DNA of 33,343 nucleotides from an uncultured bacterium (GTDB lineage: Bacteria; DYJV01; JALVYZ01). How positions within the stretch are numbered: the stretch's first letter is position 1; each line of letters begins with the position of its first letter. Shown here in pieces: positions 1-10,945 of this stretch. The stretch is taken from the NCBI GenBank assembly GCA_964593895.1, contig CAZQKL010000003.1, forward strand, positions 1-33,343, in the 5' to 3' direction. Under the pieces are notes generated by a model. The model was not told where the DNA came from, did no database searches, and was given only the letters and a program-made list of their open reading frames with translations. The position numbers and the translations under genes were made by a program.

Positions 1-16
1 TAGTATATTTTTCTTT

Positions 17-1084
17 ATGATTGATAAAATTATTTCTGAATTAAAAAGAAAAAGAATTAATGGTTTTTTAATTAACAATCTTGTAAACATAAAATATCTT
101 ACTGGATTTACAGGTTCATCTGCATATATGCTTTTAACTTTAAAAAATTTATACCTTTTTACAGATTTTAGATATGAAATTCAAGCTAAAGAAGAAGTCA
201 ATTCAAATGTTAATATAGTTATTTTTAATAATTTTTTTAAAGAATTTGAAAAAGTTTTAAAATCAGAAAACATTAAAAAGCTTGGTTTTGAAGCATCATC
301 ACTTACATACGATTTTTTTGATAATTTAAAAAAGAAAATTTCTAACATAGAATTGTTGCCAGTTAATAATTTAATTGAAAAGTTTAGAAGAAAAAAAAAT
401 AATGAGGAGATTTCTTTACTTAAAAAATCTATTAAAATAACCGAAAGGTCGTTAAAAAATTGTGCTTTTTATTTGTTTTTAAAAAACATAAACATAACAG
501 AGATTGAATTTAAATTAAAAATTGAATATGAAATGTTAAAAAATGGAGCAGAAGAAGTTTCGTTCCCTATAATTGTTTTAAGTGGTAAAAATACAAGTTT
601 AGTACATGGAAAACCATCAAATATTAATTTAAATAAAACACATTTTTTAATTGATTTAGGATGTAAGTATAGTGGATACTGTTCAGATAAAACTGTTAGT
701 TTTGTTAAAAAAAATTGTGAATTAGAAAGAGTTTTTACAATTGTTAAAGATGCTAAGAATTTTGCAATAGATGGTTTAAAAGCAGGTGTAAAGGCAAAAG
801 ATATTGACAGGATTGCAAGAGAATATATTAATAAAAAAGGTTATGGAAAGTTTTTTGGTCATTCTCTTGGACATGGTGTAGGACTTGAAGTTCATGAATT
901 ACCAGTTATTGGACCAAAAAGCAAAGATATAATTGAAGATGGCGATGTTTTTACAATTGAACCTGGAATTTACATCCCTGAAATCGGTGGAATTAGACTT
1001 GAAGATATGGTTTATATAAAAAAAGGATACGCTGAATTATTAACAGAGCCAGCAGAGGATTTTGTTAAATGTTTACAGGATTAA
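17..1084 (+). CDS. Xaa-Pro aminopeptidase / M24 family metallopeptidase
   Basis: Creatinase-like N-terminus (YLTGFTGS, FTDFRY); M24 metal ligand motifs IDLG, CSDKT, GHSLGHGVGLEVHE, TIEPGIY, GGIRLED. Confidence 0.93.
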   Translation: MIDKIISELKRKRINGFLINNLVNIKYLTGFTGSSAYMLLTLKNLYLFTDFRYEIQAKEEVNSNVNIVIFNNFFKEFEKVLKSENIKKLGFEASSLTYDFFDNLKKKISNIELLPVNNLIEKFRRKKNNEEISLLKKSIKITERSLKNCAFYLFLKNINITEIEFKLKIEYEMLKNGAEEVSFPIIVLSGKNTSLVHGKPSNINLNKTHFLIDLGCKYSGYCSDKTVSFVKKNCELERVFTIVKDAKNFAIDGLKAGVKAKDIDRIAREYINKKGYGKFFGHSLGHGVGLEVHELPVIGPKSKDIIEDGDVFTIEPGIYIPEIGGIRLEDMVYIKKGYAELLTEPAEDFVKCLQD

Positions 1085-1659
1085 TTGAGGAAGTTGGGAA
1101 AATAAGAAGAGTTTTGAGAAAGGCTAATTCTTTAGAATTAGAGATATATTCTGAAAAAATAATAAATTCAGTTAATTTAGGAGATAGCATCTCAGTTAAT
1201 GGAATATGTTTAACTGTAAAAAATGTTGGACAAACAACTTTTAAGGTTGATGTTTCTCCTGAAACATATTCAAGAACAACATTGAAATTTGTGAAAGAAA
1301 ATAGCATGGTAAATCTTGAAAGAGCTTTAACTTTAGAAAAACCTTTAGGTGGTCATTTTGTCCTTGGACATGTTGATGATATTGGAAGAGTAATTTTAAA
1401 GAAAAAATTAACTCAATTTTATGAGTTTATTATTGAATTTCCTAATCATTTAAGAAAATATATAGTTGAAAAGGGCTCAATAGCAATTGATGGAATTAGT
1501 TTGACTGTAAATAAAATTTTTGATAGAAAAATTAGCTTAATGATAATACCTCATACATATTTGAATACAAATTTACAGTATGTTCAAAATGGTGATTATG
1601 TTAATATTGAAGTTGATATAATAGGGAAATATGTTGAAAACATGGTAAAATTTAAATGA
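1069..1659 (+). CDS. ribE: Riboflavin synthase (alpha chain)
   Basis: Diagnostic N-terminus [10 protein letters not shown]; duplicated lumazine-binding repeats [13 protein letters not shown] and [13 protein letters not shown]; rib cluster context. Confidence 0.96.
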   Translation: MFTGLIEEVGKIRRVLRKANSLELEIYSEKIINSVNLGDSISVNGICLTVKNVGQTTFKVDVSPETYSRTTLKFVKENSMVNLERALTLEKPLGGHFVLGHVDDIGRVILKKKLTQFYEFIIEFPNHLRKYIVEKGSIAIDGISLTVNKIFDRKISLMIIPHTYLNTNLQYVQNGDYVNIEVDIIGKYVENMVKFK

Positions 1660-1670
1660 AAGGTGAAAAA

Positions 1671-2894
1671 ATGAATGCAGAAGAAAGAATGAAAATTGCA
1701 ATTGAACATTTTAGGCAGGGGAAATTTATAATTTTAGTTGATGATGAAGACAGGGAAAATGAAGGAGATTTGGCAATCGCAGCTGAAAAAGTAACTCCGG
1801 AAGCAATAAATTTTATGGCAAAATATGGAAGAGGATTGATATGCCTTGCTATGACTGAAGAAATGGCTGATAGGCTTGACCTTCCTTTAATGGTTCCAAG
1901 AAATGAATCACCATTTCAAACAGCTTTTTGTGTTTCTATTGAAGCAAGAAAAGGTGTTACAACTGGAATTTCTGCTCATGATAGAGCAACAACAATTTTA
2001 ACAGCAATCAGAGATGATGCAAAACCTGAAGATTTAGTAAGACCTGGGCATGTTTTCCCTTTAAGAGCAAGAAATGGAGGTGTGCTTGTAAGGGCGGGTC
2101 AAACTGAAGGTTCTGTTGACCTTGCAAAAATTGCTGGACTTAAGCCAGCAGCAGTTATTTGTGAAATTATGAATGATGATGGAACCATGGCAAGATTACC
2201 TCAACTTGAAGAATTTTCAAAAAAGTTCAACATTCCAATTCTATTTGTAGCTGATATAATTGCTTATAGATTAAAAAATGAAAGACTTGTTCATAGAGTT
2301 TCAGAAGCAGTTATTCCAACAAAATATGGTGGTGAATTTAAAATAATCTTATATGAGAATGATGTTGATGACCTTCAACATATTGCACTTGTAAAAGGTG
2401 AAGTTGCAGGTGAAGAACCTGTTCTTGTAAGGGTTCATTCAGAGTGTTTTACAGGTGATGTTCTTGGCTCATTGAGATGTGATTGTGGTGAACAACTCCA
2501 TACCGCAATGAAGATGATAGATGAAGAAGGGAAAGGAGCAATAATTTACATGCGACAAGAAGGGAGAGGAATTGGGCTTGCGAATAAATTGAGAGCATAC
2601 TGTTTGCAAGATAGAGGAAAGGATACAGTTGAGGCAAATATTGAGCTTGGATTTAAACCAGATTTAAGAGATTATGGTCTTGGTGCTCAAATTTTACTTG
2701 ATTTAGGTATTAAAAATATAAGACTGCTTACAAATAATCCTAAAAAAATTAAAGGACTTGAAGGATATGGATTAAAAATTGTTGAAAGAGTGCCAATTGA
2801 GATAAAGCCAAATTCTATAAATTACAATTATTTAAAAACAAAGAAAGAAAAAATGGGACATTTATTAAAACTTGAAGATAATGAAGGAGTGTAA
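1671..2894 (+). CDS. ribBA: Bifunctional 3,4-dihydroxy-2-butanone-4-phosphate synthase / GTP cyclohydrolase II
   Basis: [28 protein letters not shown] (RibB); [31 protein letters not shown] (RibA). Start moved from 1656 to ATG 1671, which follows AAGGTG. Confidence 0.96.
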   Translation: MNAEERMKIAIEHFRQGKFIILVDDEDRENEGDLAIAAEKVTPEAINFMAKYGRGLICLAMTEEMADRLDLPLMVPRNESPFQTAFCVSIEARKGVTTGISAHDRATTILTAIRDDAKPEDLVRPGHVFPLRARNGGVLVRAGQTEGSVDLAKIAGLKPAAVICEIMNDDGTMARLPQLEEFSKKFNIPILFVADIIAYRLKNERLVHRVSEAVIPTKYGGEFKIILYENDVDDLQHIALVKGEVAGEEPVLVRVHSECFTGDVLGSLRCDCGEQLHTAMKMIDEEGKGAIIYMRQEGRGIGLANKLRAYCLQDRGKDTVEANIELGFKPDLRDYGLGAQILLDLGIKNIRLLTNNPKKIKGLEGYGLKIVERVPIEIKPNSINYNYLKTKKEKMGHLLKLEDNEGV

Positions 2895-2895
2895 A

Positions 2896-3354
2896 ATGAA
2901 AATTTATGAAGGAGAACTTTTAGCAGAAAATTTAAAAGTTGCAATTATTGTCAGTAGATTTAATAGTTTTATTACCGAAAGATTACTTGAAGGAGCTCTT
3001 GATTGTCTAAATAGACATGGGGCAAAAGATGAAAATATAAATATTTTTAAAGTTCCAGGAGCTTTTGAAATTCCTCTTCTTGCAAAAAAACTTGCAAATA
3101 AAGAGTATGATGGTATTATTTGTCTTGGTGCAGTTATAAGAGGAGCTACTCCACATTTTGATTATGTTGCTAATGAAGTTGCAAAAGGAATAGCTCAAGT
3201 TTCCATAGAAACAGGAAAACCTGTAATTTTTGGGGTTTTAACAACTGATACAATTGAACAGGCAATAGAAAGGGCTGGAACAAAATCTGGAAATAAAGGT
3301 TTTGAAGCTGCACTTTCATTTATTGAAATGGCAAATCTTTTAAAAAAAATATAA
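2896..3354 (+). CDS. ribH: 6,7-dimethyl-8-ribityllumazine synthase
   Basis: [36 protein letters not shown]; AAGGAG at 2884-2889 supports ATG 2896 over 2872. Confidence 0.96.
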   Translation: MKIYEGELLAENLKVAIIVSRFNSFITERLLEGALDCLNRHGAKDENINIFKVPGAFEIPLLAKKLANKEYDGIICLGAVIRGATPHFDYVANEVAKGIAQVSIETGKPVIFGVLTTDTIEQAIERAGTKSGNKGFEAALSFIEMANLLKKI

Positions 3355-3357
3355 AGG

Positions 3358-3777
3358 ATGAAAAATAGAAGAAAAGCAAGAGAATTAATGTTAAAGGCTC
3401 TTTATCAATACGATATTGGAATAAGAGATAAGCTTGAAGATTGTTTGAATGATGTTTTTAATGTTCATAAAATTAATGAAGAAATAAGGGAATATGCTAT
3501 AAGATTAAAAAATAATATTGAACCAAATTATGAGAAAATAAATGAAATAATTGAAAAATATTCAAAGAATTGGAGATTAAATAGAATGGCTGTAATTGAT
3601 AGAAATATTTTAAGAATTGCCATTGCTGAAATGATGTATATGCCTGATATCCCAGAAAAAGTTTCAATTAATGAAGCTGTTGAGATTGCTAAACAGTATT
3701 CAACTGAAGATTCTTATGCTTTTATAAATGGTATTCTTCACAGACTTTATGTAAATTTAGCAAATGAAAAAGTTTGA
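3358..3777 (+). CDS. nusB: Transcription antitermination factor NusB
   Basis: RRKARE arginine-rich N-terminus, DRNILRIA, INEAVEIAKQY, FINGIL; conserved ribH-nusB order. Confidence 0.95.
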   Translation: MKNRRKARELMLKALYQYDIGIRDKLEDCLNDVFNVHKINEEIREYAIRLKNNIEPNYEKINEIIEKYSKNWRLNRMAVIDRNILRIAIAEMMYMPDIPEKVSINEAVEIAKQYSTEDSYAFINGILHRLYVNLANEKV

Positions 3778-4060
3778 TTGTATTTGTATACTCCTTTCAG
3801 AATCTTCTAATCCTTTAAAAGGGAATTTAAGTATTGTAAATTTTTTCTTAAAAGGTCTTGTTTTTAAAATTTTTAATTACTATAAAAATAAAAGGGGAAA
3901 ATTTGAAAAAGTTCTTATAAAAAATTTTATAAATCCATTTTTGCCTGAAAAGATAATTTTTTATTTAAATTTTAATGGGTTAGCGTTTAATGAAGTTAAA
4001 AGAAGAATTGAAAACGATATGAAGTTGTTAAAAATAGAAAAATTTTTTCTAATTAAATAG
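3764..4060 (+). CDS. Hypothetical protein, possibly a divergent stand-alone peptidase M17 N-terminal-like domain
   Basis: 98-aa ORF filling the gap between nusB and hsp20; the segment ILLSESSNPLKGNLSIVNFFLKGLV loosely recalls M17-N-like proteins (from memory, unverified). Confidence 0.55.
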   Translation: MKKFDCICILLSESSNPLKGNLSIVNFFLKGLVFKIFNYYKNKRGKFEKVLIKNFINPFLPEKIIFYLNFNGLAFNEVKRRIENDMKLLKIEKFFLIK

Positions 4061-4074
4061 TTTAGAGGAAAAAA

Positions 4075-4473
4075 ATGGGAGTAAAAGTTGATAAAATTCT
4101 TGAAAAATTAGAGGATTTTATAAATTATTTGGAAAATGAATCTTACTATATAAAACTTAAATCTGATATGATAGATTGTGATGATTTTATAGTTTTAAGA
4201 ATTGAAATGCCAGGGGTTAAAAAAGATGATTTTAATATTTATTACAAAGATAATAACTTAATAATTAAGGGGATTAAAAAGAAAGAATATAGTGAAGAAA
4301 AGGTAAATTTTATTCTTGCAGAAAGAAGATTTGGGGTTTTCTACGATGTGTATCCAATTCCTGAAGAATATGATATAAATTCTATTGAGGTAAAATTGAA
4401 AAATGGAGTGCTGACAATTAGAATTCCAAGAAAATCAATTACAACTGTAATTAAAAAAATTGAAATTGAATAA
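4075..4473 (+). CDS. Hsp20 / alpha-crystallin family small heat-shock protein
   Basis: EMPGVKKDD, LIIKG, ERRFGVF, LKNGVLTIRIP, C-terminal IEI (IxI) motif. Confidence 0.92.
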   Translation: MGVKVDKILEKLEDFINYLENESYYIKLKSDMIDCDDFIVLRIEMPGVKKDDFNIYYKDNNLIIKGIKKKEYSEEKVNFILAERRFGVFYDVYPIPEEYDINSIEVKLKNGVLTIRIPRKSITTVIKKIEIE

Positions 4474-4485
4474 GGAGGGATAAAA

Positions 4486-6861
4486 TTGAGTGAGGATATT
4501 TTTCAAAAAGAAGAAATAGAAGAGATGCAAGATGAAAAAGAATTTAAAATACCAGAGGAATTGCCACTTTTACCTGTTAGAGATATTGTTATTTTCCCAT
4601 ATATGATAATTCCTCTTTTTGTTGGTAGAGATTTTTCAATTAAAGCTATTGACGAAGCCCTTTCAAAGGATAGGTTAATTTTTCTATCCGCACAGAAAAG
4701 AATGCAGGATGAAACTCCAAAACCAGATGATATATATAAAGTAGGAACAGTTGGAATTATTTTGAGAATGTTAAAATTACCTGATGGAAGAGTAAAGATT
4801 TTAGTTCAAGGAATTTCAAAAGGAGAAATTGTTGAATTCACACAGATAAAACCATATTTTAAAGTTAAAATTGAGAAAATTGAAGAGGAAAAAGTTAATG
4901 AATTAACAAGTGAAGATGAAGCTCTTATTAGGGATGTTAAGGATAAATTAAATCAGATGGTTTCTCTTGGAAAAATTATCTCTCCTGAAGTTGTAATGAT
5001 TCTTGAGGGGATTAATTCACCTGGAAGATTAGCTGAGCTTGTTGCTGCAAACATTGGGCTAAAAGTTGAAGAATTGCAGAAAATTCTTGAGATGAGAAAT
5101 CCTATTGAAAAGCTTAAATTAGTTCATTCATATTTGACAAAAGAGATTGAAATTCTAAATATGCAGGCTAAAATTCAGAATAAAGCTAAAGAAGAGATGA
5201 ATAAACTTCAAAGAGAATATTATTTGAGAGAGCAATTAAAAGCTATTCAGAAAGAACTTGGAGAAATAAGTGAAAAAGATGCAGAAATTGAGGAATTTAG
5301 GAAAAAAATTAAAAAAGCTAAAATGCCAAAAGAAGCGCGAGAAGAAGCAGAAAAACAACTTGCAAGACTTGAAAAGATGCATCCAGATTCTGCAGAAGCT
5401 GGAGTAATAAGAACATATTTAGAATGGATGGTGGAACTTCCTTGGTCTAAAATGACCAAAGATAATCTTGATATAAAAAGAGCAAAAAGAATTTTAGATA
5501 AAGACCATTATGGTTTAAATAAAGTTAAGGAAAGAATTCTTGAATTTTTAAGTGTGAGAAAATTGAAAAAAGATCCAAAAGGTCCAATTTTATGTTTTGT
5601 TGGACCACCAGGGGTTGGAAAGACTTCGCTTGGAAGGTCCATTGCAAAAGCTCTGGGAAGAAAATTTTATAGGATGAGCCTTGGTGGAGTTAGAGACGAA
5701 GCAGAGATAAGAGGGCATAGAAGAACCTATATTGGTGCAATGCCAGGAAGAATTATTCAAGGAATAAAAGCAGCTGGCACAAAAAATCCTGTTTTTATGC
5801 TTGATGAAATAGATAAAATTGGTCAAGATTTTAGAGGAGACCCAGCAAGTGCTTTGCTTGAAGTATTAGACCCTGAACAGAATAAAGAATTTGTTGACCA
5901 TTATCTAAATGTTCCTTTTGACCTTTCCAAAGTTATGTTTATTACCACAGCAAATTTAATTGACCCAATTCCTCCAGCATTAAAAGACAGGATGGAAGTA
6001 ATTGAAATTTCTGGATATACTGATGATGAAAAACTTGAAATTGCTAAAAGATATTTATTGCCAAGGCAATTAAAAGAAAATGGTTTAAAAAAGACAAACT
6101 TACAGATAGATGATGAGGCAATTTTAAAGATAATTAGAGAATACACTGCGGAATCTGGTGTTAGAAATCTTGAAAGAGAGCTTGCAAGTATTTGTAGAAA
6201 AGTAGCTAAGAAAATTGCAGAAGGAAAAGCTGATAAAGTTCATGTCACTGTAAAAAATTTACACAAATTTTTAGGACCACCAAAATATATTCCAGAAGAT
6301 GATATGCTTGAAAATACAATTGGAATTGCAACTGGTCTTGCATGGACACAATATGGAGGAGATGTTCTTTATATAGAAGTAGCTCTTGTTGATGGTAAAG
6401 GCAAACTTATTCTTACAGGTCAGCTTGGTGATGTTATGAAAGAATCAGCAGAAGCTGCACTTACCTATACTCGTTCAAGAACAGGTTTTTATAACATAGA
6501 TAAAACTTTATTTGAAACAAAAGACATTCATATTCATGTGCCTGCAGGAGCAATTCCAAAAGATGGGCCATCAGCTGGGATTACTATTGCAACAGCTCTT
6601 GTAAGTGCTTTTGCTAAAATTCCAGTAAAAAAAGAAGTTGCTATGACAGGTGAAATTACAATTACAGGGAGAGTTTTGCCTGTAGGTGGATTAAAAGAGA
6701 AAAGTCTTGCTGCATTAAGAGCAAATAAAAAGATTTTAATTCTTCCAGAGAAAAATAAAAAAGATATGGAGGAAATTCCAAAAAAAGTAAAAGAAAATAT
6801 TGAATTTGTTTTTGTCAAACATATGGATGAAGTTTTAGATGTTGCGCTTCTTAAAAAGTAA
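4486..6861 (+). CDS. lon: ATP-dependent protease La (LonA)
   Basis: LPLLPVRD N-domain, Walker [10 protein letters not shown], Walker B MLDEIDK, catalytic PKDGPSAG and GGLKEK; TTG start after GGAGGGA. Confidence 0.97.
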   Translation: MSEDIFQKEEIEEMQDEKEFKIPEELPLLPVRDIVIFPYMIIPLFVGRDFSIKAIDEALSKDRLIFLSAQKRMQDETPKPDDIYKVGTVGIILRMLKLPDGRVKILVQGISKGEIVEFTQIKPYFKVKIEKIEEEKVNELTSEDEALIRDVKDKLNQMVSLGKIISPEVVMILEGINSPGRLAELVAANIGLKVEELQKILEMRNPIEKLKLVHSYLTKEIEILNMQAKIQNKAKEEMNKLQREYYLREQLKAIQKELGEISEKDAEIEEFRKKIKKAKMPKEAREEAEKQLARLEKMHPDSAEAGVIRTYLEWMVELPWSKMTKDNLDIKRAKRILDKDHYGLNKVKERILEFLSVRKLKKDPKGPILCFVGPPGVGKTSLGRSIAKALGRKFYRMSLGGVRDEAEIRGHRRTYIGAMPGRIIQGIKAAGTKNPVFMLDEIDKIGQDFRGDPASALLEVLDPEQNKEFVDHYLNVPFDLSKVMFITTANLIDPIPPALKDRMEVIEISGYTDDEKLEIAKRYLLPRQLKENGLKKTNLQIDDEAILKIIREYTAESGVRNLERELASICRKVAKKIAEGKADKVHVTVKNLHKFLGPPKYIPEDDMLENTIGIATGLAWTQYGGDVLYIEVALVDGKGKLILTGQLGDVMKESAEAALTYTRSRTGFYNIDKTLFETKDIHIHVPAGAIPKDGPSAGITIATALVSAFAKIPVKKEVAMTGEITITGRVLPVGGLKEKSLAALRANKKILILPEKNKKDMEEIPKKVKENIEFVFVKHMDEVLDVALLKK

Positions 6862-7827
6862 CATATCTATAAAACTTTCAAGTCTAATTTTTGACCTTTG
6901 GTCAAGTTTTTGAGGGCGGTCGCCCTCTATTGTAATTACAGGTACTTTAATAAATTTTTTAAAAATTGCATCTTCAATTGCTCTGAAACAAAATGATTGG
7001 ACATAATGAATAATTCCATCTATTTTTCTTTTTTTAATTTCTCTGTTAATATCTTTAATCCTATCAAAAACTGAGTAAGGGTAGGTATATAAAAGATACT
7101 GTTTTACAATATCTTTTTCTAAATTTAACATTGCAAATTGTCTTTGGACTTCATTATAGACAACTTGAGCGCCAATTTTTTCTATTTGATTATAAATATC
7201 TGTAATTATTGGTGGAACTCCAATAAATCCCAATCTTATTTTATGTTTAATTTTCTTCCTCTTTTTTACTTTTTTTATAAATTCATCAATTTCTTCAGAA
7301 AATTTTTTATAATCTCCTTTAAAATCTGAAGAACTTACAAGAAAAATGTGATTTTCATATCCAGTAACTTTATTTTCCTTATAAGTAAGCTCATCAATTA
7401 TCAGTAATTTTTTCCTAATTTCATCAAGTTTTTCTTTTATTTTCAATACATTATCCCAAGATGAGCCAAAATATTTGATTAAATTTTCAATGTTCTTTTT
7501 TAATAAATCATAATTTTTTGAATGAGGATATGAAAAGGGTATAATTTTTATTCCATTTATTTTTAATACTTCACTTAAAGCATGTGTATTGGAACAATCT
7601 CCTTCCATTACTGCAATTACTTCTTTAATGTTTTCATTTATTGCAGATGCAAATATTCCTTTTATCCAGCTACAAGTTGTTCTTGGAAAACCATATCTTT
7701 CAGCAATCTCAATAAGTTTTTCAGGATTTTTATTTGAAATAAATATGTTATTTAAATCAACAGGGATGCAATTAGCTGAAAAAATTACCTCAACAGGAAC
7801 AGTTGTTGTAATTCCTATTTTTCTCAT
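6835..7827 (-). CDS. 2-hydroxyacyl-CoA dehydratase family (HgdAB/FldBC-like) Fe-S protein
   Basis: [13 protein letters not shown]-terminus; three spaced Cys (TCSWIK, GDCSNT, SFCFR); C-terminal IEGD...RLESFIDML typical of the HGD-D family. Confidence 0.85.
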   Translation of the reverse strand: MRKIGITTTVPVEVIFSANCIPVDLNNIFISNKNPEKLIEIAERYGFPRTTCSWIKGIFASAINENIKEVIAVMEGDCSNTHALSEVLKINGIKIIPFSYPHSKNYDLLKKNIENLIKYFGSSWDNVLKIKEKLDEIRKKLLIIDELTYKENKVTGYENHIFLVSSSDFKGDYKKFSEEIDEFIKKVKKRKKIKHKIRLGFIGVPPIITDIYNQIEKIGAQVVYNEVQRQFAMLNLEKDIVKQYLLYTYPYSVFDRIKDINREIKKRKIDGIIHYVQSFCFRAIEDAIFKKFIKVPVITIEGDRPQKLDQRSKIRLESFIDMLLFKKRNI

Positions 7828-8669
7828 TTAATTTTATCATAATAAATTTTTATTTTTCTTTTTTTCATCTCATTTTTTAACCAATAATTAAACACTATTG
7901 TTTGTCTATCTGAAAGTAATCTTTTCATTATTTTTTCTTTTACTTCAGTAAAACTTTCTACTGGATTTGGATAATATTTTATACATTTAATAACATAACA
8001 TCTATCATCAACATCTACAATCCAGAATGAATTTGGCTTTGTGTAATCAATTTGAGTTAATATTTCTTGTGGAATGTTTTTTATTTTTATTAATCCCTTA
8101 AATGTTAAATTTAGATGAAATTTTTTCAAAGTTTTTTCAAAATCTTTATTTTTTAATAAAACTTTATAAAATTTATAACAATTTTTTTTTGAATCAAAAA
8201 TCAAATATTCTAAATTGACCTGAGGACCTGTTTTAAATTCATTTAAATGATTTTTGTAGTATTTAAAACATTCTTTTTCAGATGGATATGTAACTTTTCT
8301 TACAATATATTTTTTTACCTTATCAAAAATTATCTGTTTTTTTAGTTCTTCAGGATTTAACTGCATAAGATATGGATAATTCTTTTTATCTTTTTCAGTA
8401 ATTTTTAATTTCAATCTCTTAAATTCATCCTCTATAATTTTTTCCTTTATTTCCTCATTTATGTAAAATAGGACCAAAGGCTTTGTAATTTTAATTCCAG
8501 GATTTTCTTTTTTAATTCTTTCTTTAATTTCGCTTAAATATATTTTATAATTGTCAACTTTTGCAACTACATTGGGATTAATTTCATCAATAAAATCACA
8601 TGAAAATAGAAAAATTAAAAAAATGCTACTGATAAGAATACTCAGGTTCAATTTTAATGATAACATCAT
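7824..8669 (-). CDS. SurA/PrsA-like parvulin-domain foldase lipoprotein (PPIase domain degenerate)
   Basis: Lipobox-like LFSC; VVAKVD..I N-domain; YY..H..EF; C-terminal FTEVKEKI...WL..MKK.KIKIY pattern. Exact start uncertain. Confidence 0.75.
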   Translation of the reverse strand: MMLSLKLNLSILISSIFLIFLFSCDFIDEINPNVVAKVDNYKIYLSEIKERIKKENPGIKITKPLVLFYINEEIKEKIIEDEFKRLKLKITEKDKKNYPYLMQLNPEELKKQIIFDKVKKYIVRKVTYPSEKECFKYYKNHLNEFKTGPQVNLEYLIFDSKKNCYKFYKVLLKNKDFEKTLKKFHLNLTFKGLIKIKNIPQEILTQIDYTKPNSFWIVDVDDRCYVIKCIKYYPNPVESFTEVKEKIMKRLLSDRQTIVFNYWLKNEMKKRKIKIYYDKIK

Positions 8670-9747
8670 TTATCTCTTTAAAATTTTCCTTCAATTTTCT
8701 TTTTATCTCTGAAATTAACTTGTAATCTCTAACACTTATATCAAATATAACATTAAATTTTTCTTCAGAGCCAATAAGTTTTAAATCATGATAATTATTT
8801 TTTAAATTCTCATCTAGAAATTTTTTAATTTTAAAAAAATATGGATGGTCAGTATTTATCGGGTCTTGATGAACAATACAAGTTGCATTAAATTTAGCCC
8901 CAATCTTTTTTTCTATTTCATCTGCAATATCATGAATTTCAGTTGATTTTAAATAATCAGGAACTTCAATGTGAAATGATATTATAAATTTATCTCCATA
9001 TGAATGAATTATAATATCATGAATTCCTTGAACTTTTTCTTTACTTAAAGCTATTTTTTTTATCTGTTCAATCATGTCCTTAGGTGGTTTTTCTCCAATT
9101 AATGGACTAATTGTTTCTTTTGCCATTTTATAAGCAATAAATCCAATATAGATTGAAATAATAAAACCGATAACTCCATCTATTCTTTTTAAACCAAATT
9201 TTGAAAGAATAATTGAAAATATCACAAGCAAAGTCGCATAAACATCTGTTTTATGATGGTATGCATCAACTTCTATAGTTGAAGAATTCACCAATTCAGC
9301 TATTTTTAAAGAATATCGTGATAATATTTCTTTTATTACACCTGTTAACCCAACAATTATTAAACATCCAATTGAAAATTTTATTTCTTCAGGATGCATT
9401 ATTCTAATTATTGAATCTTTGGCAAATTCAAATGCAATAATAAATAGAATAACAACAACAATTAACCCAGTAATATATTCAACTCTACCATGTCCAAAAG
9501 GGTGTTCTTCATCAGGGGGTTTTGTTGAATACCAGAACCCTAAAATTATTACTAATGAAGAAAAAACATCTGATAATGAATGAAAAGCATCTGTAATTAA
9601 TGAAATGCTTTTTATAAAGTAACCAATAATTAATTTTACTATGAAAATTAAAAAATTTACAATTGAACTAACAATTCCTTCGTAAATCCCAGCTTTTGAT
9701 TTTATTTTAGCTTTTTTTACTGTAAATTCAGCAAGTTTATTAACCAT
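8626..9747 (-). CDS. Cation diffusion facilitator (FieF-like) metal exporter
   Basis: DAFHSLSD (TM2), KPPDEEHPFGHGRVEY, HHKTD (TM5); cytoplasmic dimerisation domain plus an extra C-terminal extension. Confidence 0.93.
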   Translation of the reverse strand: MVNKLAEFTVKKAKIKSKAGIYEGIVSSIVNFLIFIVKLIIGYFIKSISLITDAFHSLSDVFSSLVIILGFWYSTKPPDEEHPFGHGRVEYITGLIVVVILFIIAFEFAKDSIIRIMHPEEIKFSIGCLIIVGLTGVIKEILSRYSLKIAELVNSSTIEVDAYHHKTDVYATLLVIFSIILSKFGLKRIDGVIGFIISIYIGFIAYKMAKETISPLIGEKPPKDMIEQIKKIALSKEKVQGIHDIIIHSYGDKFIISFHIEVPDYLKSTEIHDIADEIEKKIGAKFNATCIVHQDPINTDHPYFFKIKKFLDENLKNNYHDLKLIGSEEKFNVIFDISVRDYKLISEIKRKLKENFKEINDVIIKIEPEYSYQ

Positions 9748-10945
9748 AAATTGCTCTTATTGGGTCAAAATTTGAAGCCTTTTTTGCTGGTAAATATCCA
9801 AAAGTTAATCCTACTGTCAAGGAGAATAAAAAACTTATCACCAATGGTTGTAAATTAATTAAAATTGGGAATGAAAATTTTTTCTCTAATAAATTTAACA
9901 CAAAAATTGAAAATATACTTCCAGTTAATCCTCCAATTATTGAAATTAAAAGAGTTTCAATAATTATTTCTTTTAAAATATCTGTTTTTTTTGCTCCAAA
10001 AGCTCTTTTTATACCAATTTCTTTTATTCTTTTATAAACAACAGTAAGCATAATGTTCATAATAGTTAATCCACTTACAATAAAAGAAATAAGAGAAATC
10101 AAAAAAAGGATTTTTGTTAGTTTATTAGTTGTTCTATTAACAAATTCAATAATATCTTTTGAAGTAATTAATCTAAAGTCATCAATTTGCTCAGATGATA
10201 AATTATGATTTTTTCTTAAACGTTTTCTAATTATTGGCAAGTAACTTTCTATTTTTTTAGGATTAGATACGACAATTTTTATAGCTTTAAGATAATTAAT
10301 ATGAAAAAGAATGTTAGAATATGTAGATAAAGGGATAAAAATTCTGTTATCAAGGTCAAATCTTTTGGAACTTCCTTTTTTAACATATATTCCAATTATT
10401 TTAAAATAGACATTTTTAATTTTTATAAATTTCCCGATAATTTTTGGTAAAGGAAGATTATATAATTTTTTACAAACAGTATGTCCAATAACACATACCT
10501 TATTTTTTTCTTTAATATCCTTCCAGGAAATAAATCTTCCATATTCAATTGGCAAATCATGATATTTTGAGTATATGGGATATACTCCCATTAAAAATGA
10601 GGTGTATGAGCCAGTATCTGATGAAACTTTTATAAATGTTCTTTGAATAGGAGATGCAACTTCAACAAATGGTAATCTTTCCAAATCTTTGCAGTCTTTT
10701 AATTTTAATGTAACAGTTTTAAATTTTGCATGAGCAAACATTTTTCCGGGACCAGCTAAAACTAAAATTGAATTATACCCAAAACCAAATCCTTTTAATA
10801 TTTTAATTATTTCATTTTTAGCTCCATTACCAACAATAATTATTGTTGAGATGGAAAAAGTGCTTATAAGAAGTCCCAATATCATTAAAAAACTCATAAG
10901 TTTGTTGCTAAATATTATTTTTATAGTCTGCTTCAATAATCCCAT
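9740..10945 (-). CDS. MacB/FtsX-family ABC transporter permease
   Basis: N-terminal TM, large periplasmic domain (GRFI, VCVIG, FKIIG, IFIPL), IMNIM..V..RIKEIGIKRAFGA, FGYLPAKKAS..DPI. Confidence 0.92.
   Translation of the reverse strand: MGLLKQTIKIIFSNKLMSFLMILGLLISTFSISTIIIVGNGAKNEIIKILKGFGFGYNSILVLAGPGKMFAHAKFKTVTLKLKDCKDLERLPFVEVASPIQRTFIKVSSDTGSYTSFLMGVYPIYSKYHDLPIEYGRFISWKDIKEKNKVCVIGHTVCKKLYNLPLPKIIGKFIKIKNVYFKIIGIYVKKGSSKRFDLDNRIFIPLSTYSNILFHINYLKAIKIVVSNPKKIESYLPIIRKRLRKNHNLSSEQIDDFRLITSKDIIEFVNRTTNKLTKILFLISLISFIVSGLTIMNIMLTVVYKRIKEIGIKRAFGAKKTDILKEIIIETLLISIIGGLTGSIFSIFVLNLLEKKFSFPILINLQPLVISFLFSLTVGLTFGYLPAKKASNFDPIRAIYG

Noticed and set aside
1000-1070. FMN riboswitch before the rib genes
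   Set aside because: ribE overlaps the peptidase gene, leaving no leader, and no RFN motif is visible
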